Assembly (NCBI GenBank): GCA_963775685.1
Contig: CAVZJV010000014.1
Location: 1,184,001-1,248,000, forward strand
Direction of reading: 5' to 3'
From: Candidatus Bathyarchaeota archaeon
Lineage (GTDB): Archaea; Thermoproteota; Bathyarchaeia; Bathyarchaeales; Bathycorpusculaceae
DNA length: 64,000 nt
Numbering within the stretch: position 1 is the first letter of the stretch; each line of letters begins with the position of its first letter. The position numbers and the translations under genes are program-made. The notes beneath the pieces are model-generated. The model saw nothing but the letters and a program-made list of their open reading frames with translations. It ran no database searches and had not been told where the DNA came from. Shown here one piece after another: positions 48,426 to 56,917 of the stretch.

Positions 48426-48429
48426 GTCT

Positions 48430-48588
48430 CTATTCGCCTCTTGTGTCGTTTCTGTTGCATTCCGCTTTTGGTCTGTACTCAACTTTTTTATGCCGCTCCT
48501 TATGATGCTTCTCACATTCTTTAATGCGTACAAGCATCCATTCGTTTTCTTCGTAAACGCATCCGCAAAGCAGAGTCTTAGTCGTCAA
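48430..48588 (-). CDS. 52-aa putative Zn-binding microprotein
   Basis: MTTKTLLCGCVYEENEWMLVRIKECEKHH... (manual translation). Confidence 0.45.
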   Translation of the reverse strand: MTTKTLLCGCVYEENEWMLVRIKECEKHHKERHKKVEYRPKAECNRNDTRGE

Positions 48589-48750
48589 ATCATGCACACT
48601 TCAGGCTTTGTAAATAGTAATGTATCTTTATCTCATAACATTTCCGATGTAAACCGATAATTATGTTCTTGACTAATTGGGACGCTGTTAATTAAAAGGT
48701 AACATTTTAGAAGGCGAAACGTTACTTGTTTGCTTGTGTAGTGTTGAAAT

Positions 48751-48876
48751 ATGAGCGTTATGAGTAGAAAAAATAAAAACACACAACTTGAACGAAAAAA
48801 GAAAGAACAAAGAGAAAAAGAAGCAAAAAAGAAAGCATTGCTAAGTCAACTTCCACCTAAAGGAAAAAAGAAATAA
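48751..48876 (+). CDS. 41-aa highly basic microprotein
   Basis: MSVMSRKNKNTQLERKKKEQREKEAKKKALLSQLPPKGKKK. Confidence 0.4.
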   Translation: MSVMSRKNKNTQLERKKKEQREKEAKKKALLSQLPPKGKKK

Positions 48877-49389
48877 CGGTTTGAATTAAAAGCAGGAAGT
48901 GCTACAAAAATTTTGTAGCTGTCTTGCTTACTTAATTGCTCTTCTTATTTGTTTTTTCAATTTCCCTTAAATGTGAATTTTCCAATTTGAAGACAACCGC
49001 CAAGTCCGCTCATGCAATACACCTAACGTTTGGAACTTAACAAATCTTGATTAGTTGATTTTAGGCACGTAATCCACATCAATTCTTTGCTGGTTTGGAC
49101 AAGTTTTTCGCCTGAACCCTCAAATCATACATTTCCACTTTTATAGCGTAGGAACTATCGACATTCCTCGCATTTCCAAAACGGGCGTTAAATCAAACTC
49201 GTCAAACCAACAAAGGAATTGAGGTATCCTGATAGATATAGAACTGATCTGTTGGTTGCCAAACCATAAATCCGATTGCACCTTGGAAAACGCGGTTTTC
49301 GAGTGAACCCACCTAAAATCGAGTTAAATCAACCGCTTTTCAAGTTGCTGTTTCATAAGGTTTCCCAGTTAACATTCATATTAACACTG

Positions 49390-49950
49390 CTAAAATCCCT
49401 TTACGTCGTGGAGGCTTTGGTGTTTTTTTAAGATTTCTTCACGCCACTTATGTTCCCAGCTTGCCCATCCAGTCTTTACAAGACCCTCCCTCAACTGTGG
49501 TTTCTCAGCAACCCAATCCAGAAATTTCCAGAACCGCTTTTTATCCTTAAGAATTTCCTCAGGTACCCCTTTTTCAACGCACCATCTTGCATAGGCTTTT
49601 TCAACCAGCGGTTTGAGTTCACCTATTGATTCGACTTTTTGAACTTTGAACCCTTGACTTTGCAGGTACAGGAAAACATTGGTGAGAACGTATTCTGAAC
49701 TAACCCTAAAGCAGGTTTCTTCATCTGGTTGCATAACTGTGATTATTTCGTTTGCGATTTTTACTGCGTCTTCTAAGTATTTTTTGTTTTGGAAATTTGG
49801 AGACTGAAAGGAAGTTGTAGAAATTCTTCGTTCCATAAGCATGGGATGGGGAGGCTTGAGCGCGCCGACTACTACGCCAAGGAGAAGATCGCTCCATCCT
49901 GAGGCATCTATAAGTATGGTTTTATCCGGTAGAAAACAATCCAGCGCCAA
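49390..49950 (-). CDS. hypothetical protein, possibly RNase H-like fold
   Basis: ILIDASGWSDLLLGVVVGA N-terminal strand pattern. Confidence 0.7.
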   Translation of the reverse strand: MALDCFLPDKTILIDASGWSDLLLGVVVGALKPPHPMLMERRISTTSFQSPNFQNKKYLEDAVKIANEIITVMQPDEETCFRVSSEYVLTNVFLYLQSQGFKVQKVESIGELKPLVEKAYARWCVEKGVPEEILKDKKRFWKFLDWVAEKPQLREGLVKTGWASWEHKWREEILKKHQSLHDVKGF

Positions 49951-50038
49951 GCTTCATCACTCAAGGTTTAGGGATATATGCAAGTTGGTTTTTCTATCTT
50001 TTGCTTACGGGGAATGTAAGTTCTGTTGAAAATTTTTT

Positions 50039-50144
50039 AAGAAGTGGCAGAACCGCTTGACCCAAGGGTAGAAGGAGAAGGGGAAAATGCAAAACCCCTC
50101 AAGAGCGCGGGTTAAGTGGTTCTAAGCGGTCACTTCTTCTGCCA
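50039..50144. other. structured intergenic element (candidate ncRNA or leader)
   Basis: AGAACCGCTTGACCC (50049-50063) pairs with GGGTTAAGTGGTTCT (50109-50123); additional outer and inner stems. Confidence 0.5.
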
Positions 50145-50449
50145 TATTGCAGTAAGGGTGTTTGTTCGGATAATCGTTTGTATGTCTTTTTAATGATGTA
50201 CATTGCACCAAAGAAAATGCAGACTAAAAAATTGTTTTTCGCCAACACACTTCAATGTCTTTTTAATGAATTAATCTTCGAACGCTATTTACTATCCTTA
50301 ACATTTACAGTTCCAGTATACATAAAAAATCGCCTCTTGAAGCTCAAGGATTTCTTGGAAGCAGAAGGAACCAAAATTTTGCTGGATTGTAATTGACTAA
50401 ACTCGCTGCAAAGTAGGAACGTTTTTCTGCCAGATTCGAAATAGAAAGC

Positions 50450-50875
50450 ATGTCTGCTACCAAAAAGAAGATGACTCTTGAGTGGAAAGGCAATTTTCGT
50501 TTTAAATCGAAAAACCCTAATGGACTCACTATTAACTTTGATGCCCTAAAAAATACGGGGAGATAAACAACGCTTTTACATAGGAAGCCATGTAGCGTGC
50601 CTTGCTGGGTGCACAAGTTTTGACGCTGTTAATATTTTAAAGAAGAAGCGTCAGAGCATTTCAGGTTACAGGGTTGAAGTCGAAGGAGAATGACGTGAGG
50701 AACCACCCGAAGTTTACACTAAACTTCTAATAAAAACGTTATCTATGGAAAAAATGTAGGTAAAGAAACGGTGGAGAGAGTAATTCAACTGTCTAACGAA
50801 AAATACTGTTCAGTTGGAGCTATGCTTAGAAAAACAGCCGAAATAACAACTTTGTAGGAAATAATACAAGAATAA
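50450..50875 (+). pseudogene. OsmC/YhfA-family pseudogene
   Basis: MTLEWKGNFRF..., ACLAGCTSFDAVNILKKKRQ, EKYCSVGAML; frameshifts plus in-frame TGA and TAG. Confidence 0.85.
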
Positions 50876-51505
50876 GACGTATAAATGCAAATCGCAAATA
50901 TCTGCCAAGGAGCACCCTTGAAGTTAGTTTACAAAGCAAGCGTCAATCTTCACTCGCCTTAGAAGATTTTGAAAGTTAATGATTCAATGTTAAGCCTCGA
51001 AAACAAGGTAATTTGCCTATTCAGTTGTGACTGTGCTTTTGTTCTGATCGCTTCAGTCTCTCTTCAAGTCTTCTATTCCGCTCTTTCTTCTCAAGCCCCG
51101 ATAATGGAGCTATCGCAAGAGCAGTGAGACTTCGCTCAATCTTCTTGAATAAATTCACGAAACTTTTCGCCTCATATAAATCATACGATTTCATATTCAC
51201 AAATATGACACCGAAATATAAACATGTCTCGTATCGCAATATTTATTGCAGTGTTCAATAGCACGCAGTTAAGCCTACAAGTTTAGGATAGCTCAGAAAT
51301 ACCAAATAATCATAGCTCAAAGATAGCCGGATACGCATCATTCAGCGGGGGATTTGATACTACTCACGTTAAGCATTCCTCCAAGATCGATTGGGAGTAT
51401 AACTGCACGAAATTTTTGATATACGCCGGTTTGGACAAATAGTAACCTGTTAACGTTCTCATTTGCAGGTCAACATAAGTCTTTAAAGCATCCTCAATAC
51501 AAAAC

Positions 51506-52060
51506 ATGCAGGGTCTGCATTTGCCCATTACTCCTCTCCACTATCCAATAGCAAAAATAATCTACAAACTCAAAGGAAAAGCAAGTTTAAGTCTTCCTGC
51601 CTTAACCGTTGGCTCTATGGTGCCTGACCTTGAAGTTGTTTACTTGTGGAGCGGCACTTGGACACAAGATAGAATGATTCTCCACAGTTTTATTGGTGGC
51701 TTAACCCTTGGAACACTAATCACGGTTGCATTGACAGTTTTCGTTTATCCGTGGGTATTGCGCTCAATTTTGCCCATCCACAAAGACAGAGTTAAAAAGA
51801 AATGTGCCTTTTCGTTTATGCTGGTGTTTTCTGGTTTAGCTGGCGTGCTCTTTCATGTGATTTTAGATGTTACAAATCACACTCATAATCCTCTGTTTTG
51901 GCCTTTTATTTCATTATCCCAAACTCCAAGTCCGATTGTTCCTCTTCTATGGGGACAAGGCATGGCTTCATTGATAGTAAATGTAGCTTTGATTGTTACT
52001 TTCATTACTTTAGTCGTTAAGAATCGGAGTAACGTTTGGGAGCAACTGTTAGTGGGTTAG
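51506..52060 (+). CDS. DUF4184-like membrane metal-binding protein
   Basis: PITPLH, GSMVPDLE, LHS, HVILDVTNH. Confidence 0.8.
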   Translation: MQGLHLPITPLHYPIAKIIYKLKGKASLSLPALTVGSMVPDLEVVYLWSGTWTQDRMILHSFIGGLTLGTLITVALTVFVYPWVLRSILPIHKDRVKKKCAFSFMLVFSGLAGVLFHVILDVTNHTHNPLFWPFISLSQTPSPIVPLLWGQGMASLIVNVALIVTFITLVVKNRSNVWEQLLVG

Positions 52061-52171
52061 TCGTCAAGAGACCAATTGACTCCTAAGATTTAGAAGAAGA
52101 AACATCAGGCTGCCTTGTTTTTTCAGCAAGTCCTTGGCCCTTTCATATAATAGATACAGGTTTTGCGTTAG

Positions 52172-52244
52172 TAGCCCGGGAGAGATTCGAACTCTCGTCA
52201 AGGGCTCCAGAGGCCCCTATGCTTGACCACTACACCACCGGGCT
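52172..52244 (-). tRNA. tRNA-Gln (CUG)
   Basis: AGCCCGGTGGTGTAGTGGTCAAGCAT-AGGGGC-CTCTGGA-GCCCT...GTTCGAATC...CCGGGCTA. Confidence 0.95.
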
Positions 52245-52280
52245 GCAGGGTTCCAATAAACACCGTTCCAACATTTAACT

Positions 52281-52502
52281 TTAACTTTCCGCAGTTTTGT
52301 CACCGTTTTTCTGGTTTTTGGCTTCGCGGACGCAGTAGCATTCTTGGCTGACTCTGTTATAACTATCGCAGTGCCAGAGTGTATCCACAATTGGGTTTAG
52401 GTTCTGCCAATATCGAGTGGAACAGAAAACTTTTGTAGGATATTCAAAGCAGTTGTGGCTGTCGCAGTTGCCGCAGAAGTTTTCCCTACTGTTGGTTTCC
52501 AT
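52281..52502 (-). CDS. small Cys-rich protein
   Basis: CGNCDSHNC..FCSTRY..WHC..CYC; starts 1 nt after the DHS stop. Confidence 0.7.
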   Translation of the reverse strand: METNSRENFCGNCDSHNCFEYPTKVFCSTRYWQNLNPIVDTLWHCDSYNRVSQECYCVREAKNQKNGDKTAES

Positions 52503-52503
52503 A

Positions 52504-53526
52504 TTAGATTTCCCTGCCTGCAAGCTTTTCTCTCTGCAAAAATGAATTTCGTTTAAAATCTGGACCTAAACGTTCAGTTGCCGAAGCCACGAGGAACGGA
52601 AAAACCATTAGTGCTTCACCTATAACAGTCACATGGTCGGCTGAACCCTTCATTTTGCCCCAACTTACTGTTTCCTCAAGCGTTGAACCTGATAATCCGC
52701 CTGTTTCAGGGCGGTCCAAAGTAATTACCACTGCGTAGTCCAAGCCTTTTTTGGATGCGAGCGCTGAAGATTGGATGGTATTGCGTGGGACTCCGCCACC
52801 GATAATTATCATGCCGTTTTTGGGTGATTTAGTGCATATGTTGCAGACTGTGGGAACGTCTTTGAAGGCGTCTACTAATAGGACGTTTTTCTGGTTTTTC
52901 TGGGAGGCGTGGAGCCAGTGGATGAAGCCGAATTCTGAGTCGCGAACAGATGGAAGGAAAATTGGAACGTTTTCTTCGTAGGCGGCTCGGAGGATGGAGT
53001 TTTTGTCGGTTAAGCGTTTGCCTATTTCATATGCGAACTCGTTTGAAGCTAAACCGTCCCCTTTTCGTTCCTTGGTGATATCTGCGTATATTTCGGAAAG
53101 TTTGAAGTCCAATCGGACGTAGTCTTCTTCAGGAACAAAGATATCGTAAATTCGGAATAGATGGTACTTATAGAGTTCGGCGTCGTTTACTGCCCAGCCG
53201 CCCTTGTAGTGGTGTCCTCCAACCGCTTCTATAGCATCGTGAACCATGCAGGCGCCCGTGCTTACAATTACATCCACAAGGTGGTTGCGAATCAAATCTG
53301 CAACTATAGTACGCATTCCCGCTGGAACCACAGCACCCGACAACCCCAAAAAAACTGTGCAATCTTTTTCTCGAAGCATTTTCTCGTAAATGTCACATGC
53401 AGCCGCTAACCGCCCAGCGCCAAGCGAACCTGAATTCTTGAATTGCTGCATTAGCTCGTCAACGGTCAGCGCGCCACTTATTTTTATGTGGTTTACGGGT
53501 TCTTTTAGGTAATCTTTTCTATCCAT
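52504..53526 (-). CDS. dhs: deoxyhypusine synthase
   Basis: STGA..HD, GGGVPRN, TGGLSG, EETVSWGK with the catalytic Lys. Confidence 0.93.
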   Translation of the reverse strand: MDRKDYLKEPVNHIKISGALTVDELMQQFKNSGSLGAGRLAAACDIYEKMLREKDCTVFLGLSGAVVPAGMRTIVADLIRNHLVDVIVSTGACMVHDAIEAVGGHHYKGGWAVNDAELYKYHLFRIYDIFVPEEDYVRLDFKLSEIYADITKERKGDGLASNEFAYEIGKRLTDKNSILRAAYEENVPIFLPSVRDSEFGFIHWLHASQKNQKNVLLVDAFKDVPTVCNICTKSPKNGMIIIGGGVPRNTIQSSALASKKGLDYAVVITLDRPETGGLSGSTLEETVSWGKMKGSADHVTVIGEALMVFPFLVASATERLGPDFKRNSFLQREKLAGREI

Positions 53527-53974
53527 CCGATAATTAACGCCTTAATCAGTATTCCTTGTGAATGCAAGAAAAAAGGTTTTTCATATCAAAGCGCAAGAAA
53601 GATCTTAGCCAATGAGGTTTTTTAAGAATTGGAACTTTTTTTAGGAAAAGAATTAAACATAACGTTATAGGAGCGTAACAGCGGTGACTATGGGAACCAA
53701 ATATAGGAGATATGTCTAACAAGCTAACCTTAAGCCTAGCAACCCATGGTTGAGCGTTTCTAAAATTATTGCGTGAAAGTAGAAAATAGGTTAAGTATTT
53801 TGCGCTTATTGCTTGTGTTAATTATCAGTTTATTTTAGCTGTTTTTTAAGCATGCAATATGTTAAAAGCCATAAAAATAGGCAACGGGAAAAAAATTTAG
53901 CGAAATATATTTTAAGATGAGCGTTCCAAAATTTGGAACAAAAAAGAAGGGGAATATATTTGCTGTTTGGTTTT

Positions 53975-56623
53975 TTATGGTCGCCTTCTAATTAGAATGG
54001 CCATTATAGCACCAACAATGGCGATTGCGATGATTATAGCGGCTGTTGAGAGGGCGAAGTACATTTCTGTTGGCGTCGAACTGACAACTGGAGCGATAGT
54101 TGGTGTTGAAGCTGGTTCGGTGGCATAGAAGGCTGTTGAAGCTGACGATGGATAGTATGATTCTGAGCCTACAAATGTTGCGATGATTATGAAGTCGCCG
54201 GCGATGTCTGGAGTCCAAGTTAGACTGTAGGTGCCATAAATGTTGCTTGTAGCTGTACCGATCGGGCGATAGTTGCCGTTTGCATCAACAACATTGATGG
54301 TTACTGGCACTCCAGATACGTCGTTTGGCAATGGCTGCTGCATATACACAGTTTCCATCCATGAACTCATGCTTGAATCAGACATGCATGGGAGACCGTT
54401 GGGGAAGTTTAATGCTATTGCAACTTGCTGTGAACCTGCAGAGATATCAGTGACTGTTCCAGTTATGGTCACTGGCGTTGCTGTTGACACGCCAACGCCT
54501 GGTGCGTCAACGGTAACTTTGCTGGGTCCCTTGGCGTAAGCATAGATCTGGTTGTCATATGCGTTCAAATCTAACATAACTCCGTATGCAGTTACAGGGT
54601 GGCTGTCAACGTTAAATGAGTCTATTGACCAAACAAGCTCGCCTGTCGTGCAGTTGATTGCCAGTTGCTGTGCTCCAAGAAATAGTGGTGGACTGTATTC
54701 GTGTCCTTCTGAGAGGAACAAGAGCCCGTCAGCGACACCTCCATTGCTGAAGGTCCATATTGGCCAAATGCCATAGGGGCTGTTAGTGCCTGCTGGACCC
54801 TGAAGTGCTGTTGTGTTGGTATACCAGTTGATTGCTCCAGTTAAAATGTTTATAGACCATATGTCGCCGCCCATGCCTGCATAATACAGCGAGTTACCTG
54901 CAACAATCGAACAATAGCCACCGACTGTGCTGTAAGCGTCTGGGGTTGCTCCGTTAGAACCTGTAAGCGGGGTTGTCCAAAGTTCTTCTCCAGTGGTCAT
55001 ACTGTAACCGCTCATTGAGAATGCAGCTTTGAGAGATATTGTGAAAACTCCGTCACCGCAAGTGGATCCACCTGTGTTAACGTCTCCATCAAAGGGTGTC
55101 AATGTTATGTTTCTTATCCATAGCTGTTGCCCAGTGTTTGCACTGTAGCCTGCAAAGACGCCCCATCCGCCTTGGTAATAGCTGCTTGTGCCAGGCGCGT
55201 ATAGATTCATAACTATAGTAGTGCCGTCATTATTCCGTATCCCAAGATTCCCAGGTAAAGCGGTACCTGAAATGTTAGTAGATACTGGCATTGACCACAT
55301 TATTCCGTTTGAGAAATCAATTTGGGCGTTTTGTGTAGGTCTCCATTGCCAAGCCGCTGCGCCGTTGGTTCCTTCAACAATACATTGGGTCGAATTCCAC
55401 TTGTTTAGTGTATGATCGGTGTTATTGACATAGTAGCCTACCAGGTTGCCCGATTCGTCAGTGGTCATCGACATTGTAGTGCCGTTGACAACACTCAGAA
55501 CATATTTTCCTGTCATAGCGTCAAACATGTTCCAGCAAGTTCCAGTCGACTTTACCCCGTCGAGTGCCCCTTGAGTCCACACATATGCGATGCCACCGTA
55601 TTGGTTGGGAGATACATAATCGAGTATTTGACCGTAGTAGAAGGGAGTAACTAAGCCATCCGAAGTTAGAGCAGTCTGCGCAAGAGTGCCGCCACCATAG
55701 TTGGTAGCATCATTAATCCACACTGTCTGACCCGTATACAAGTCTATGCAAACGTCTGCGACAGGATTCCTTGAACTTCCCGGAAACTGAGTGTAATAGA
55801 GGTAGCCGTTAATTACCAAGGCCTCAAATTTGTGCTCATACTGCTCAGTTGAGTAATAATTTCCGTAAGTAGTTGATCCGCCGAATTGTCCTCCGAGTAC
55901 TCCTCCAAATGCGACAGGCTTTGTCCATATAATATGGGGGGTTTTTGGCGCTTCAGTGTAGGGGTTATAGTTTGAGCTGACGTTGTAGAGGGCACCACTG
56001 CTGGTACTGTATCCTGTGACTAAAAGCGAAGCCCCTGCTAACGGATACCAATTGTGGACGTTCATTGCGTTTATTGGGGTCTGCCAGTAACTTGTCGGGA
56101 GTGGAGCTGTTGAAACTCCTCCAACTGGTTCCTGCTGCACCGTAAGCGTTACGACACTGCTAGTGCTGGGTAGAAAAACATCGCCTTTAAACGCTGATGG
56201 AGGTGCACCTGGACGGGAATTGCTATCTGTTAGCGTCCATCCTGCAAAGAACATCTGGAAGGTATAAGTGCCAAGTTGGCTTGGAGTAATTGTCGTGTAG
56301 GTTCCGCCTGTATCGTCAGTTGTGAAAGGACCCAATGTTTGGGTGGTTCCGTCTGGCAATGTCATTTTAACCGTTATGTTACCGAATCTATCACCGTAGG
56401 GACCGCTTGCCGTTGGTGGCGGCTCATTAATCCAGAAGCCAACCGTAACTGTTTGTCCTATGCCAGCAGGGTCAGGTGCAACGTGGATAAAAGAGCTAGT
56501 CAGAATTTGCCATGGTGGTGTATGTGCATTAACGCTTGGTAACAGTACTATTGAAGTTCCAATTGAAACTGTCAAAATTGCCGCAATCAAAATAGCTATA
56601 GTTTTATTTTTAAGATTTTGCAT
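53975..56623 (-). CDS. large secreted PQQ-like beta-propeller surface protein
   Basis: Signal peptide, repeated TG..W blades, EHSP-like GHEYSPP, YDNQIY, Ser/Thr linker, C-terminal TM plus RRRP. Confidence 0.88.
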   Translation of the reverse strand: MQNLKNKTIAILIAAILTVSIGTSIVLLPSVNAHTPPWQILTSSFIHVAPDPAGIGQTVTVGFWINEPPPTASGPYGDRFGNITVKMTLPDGTTQTLGPFTTDDTGGTYTTITPSQLGTYTFQMFFAGWTLTDSNSRPGAPPSAFKGDVFLPSTSSVVTLTVQQEPVGGVSTAPLPTSYWQTPINAMNVHNWYPLAGASLLVTGYSTSSGALYNVSSNYNPYTEAPKTPHIIWTKPVAFGGVLGGQFGGSTTYGNYYSTEQYEHKFEALVINGYLYYTQFPGSSRNPVADVCIDLYTGQTVWINDATNYGGGTLAQTALTSDGLVTPFYYGQILDYVSPNQYGGIAYVWTQGALDGVKSTGTCWNMFDAMTGKYVLSVVNGTTMSMTTDESGNLVGYYVNNTDHTLNKWNSTQCIVEGTNGAAAWQWRPTQNAQIDFSNGIMWSMPVSTNISGTALPGNLGIRNNDGTTIVMNLYAPGTSSYYQGGWGVFAGYSANTGQQLWIRNITLTPFDGDVNTGGSTCGDGVFTISLKAAFSMSGYSMTTGEELWTTPLTGSNGATPDAYSTVGGYCSIVAGNSLYYAGMGGDIWSINILTGAINWYTNTTALQGPAGTNSPYGIWPIWTFSNGGVADGLLFLSEGHEYSPPLFLGAQQLAINCTTGELVWSIDSFNVDSHPVTAYGVMLDLNAYDNQIYAYAKGPSKVTVDAPGVGVSTATPVTITGTVTDISAGSQQVAIALNFPNGLPCMSDSSMSSWMETVYMQQPLPNDVSGVPVTINVVDANGNYRPIGTATSNIYGTYSLTWTPDIAGDFIIIATFVGSESYYPSSASTAFYATEPASTPTIAPVVSSTPTEMYFALSTAAIIIAIAIVGAIMAILIRRRP

Positions 56624-56917
56624 TTTTCTTTCCTCTTAACTTTTATATCGACAAGAAATCAACTAAATCAAACGTACCGCATAAATCAATGGTTTTATTC
56701 GATTTTCTTTATAAAGTTATGGTAAAAAAATTATTTTACTAATATAAAGGAATATTGCACAAAAAATGAATATACAAAATTAAGAGGCACTTCCAATTTT
56801 TTGAGGATTTTAAGAACCTCTCAATGCTCTTTTCTTTGAGATACCTTGGGTTTTAATAAGTCATAGAATAACTTTAAACAAAAAAAGGAAGATTGTTTAT
56901 TGTTGAGTTTCTTGTGT

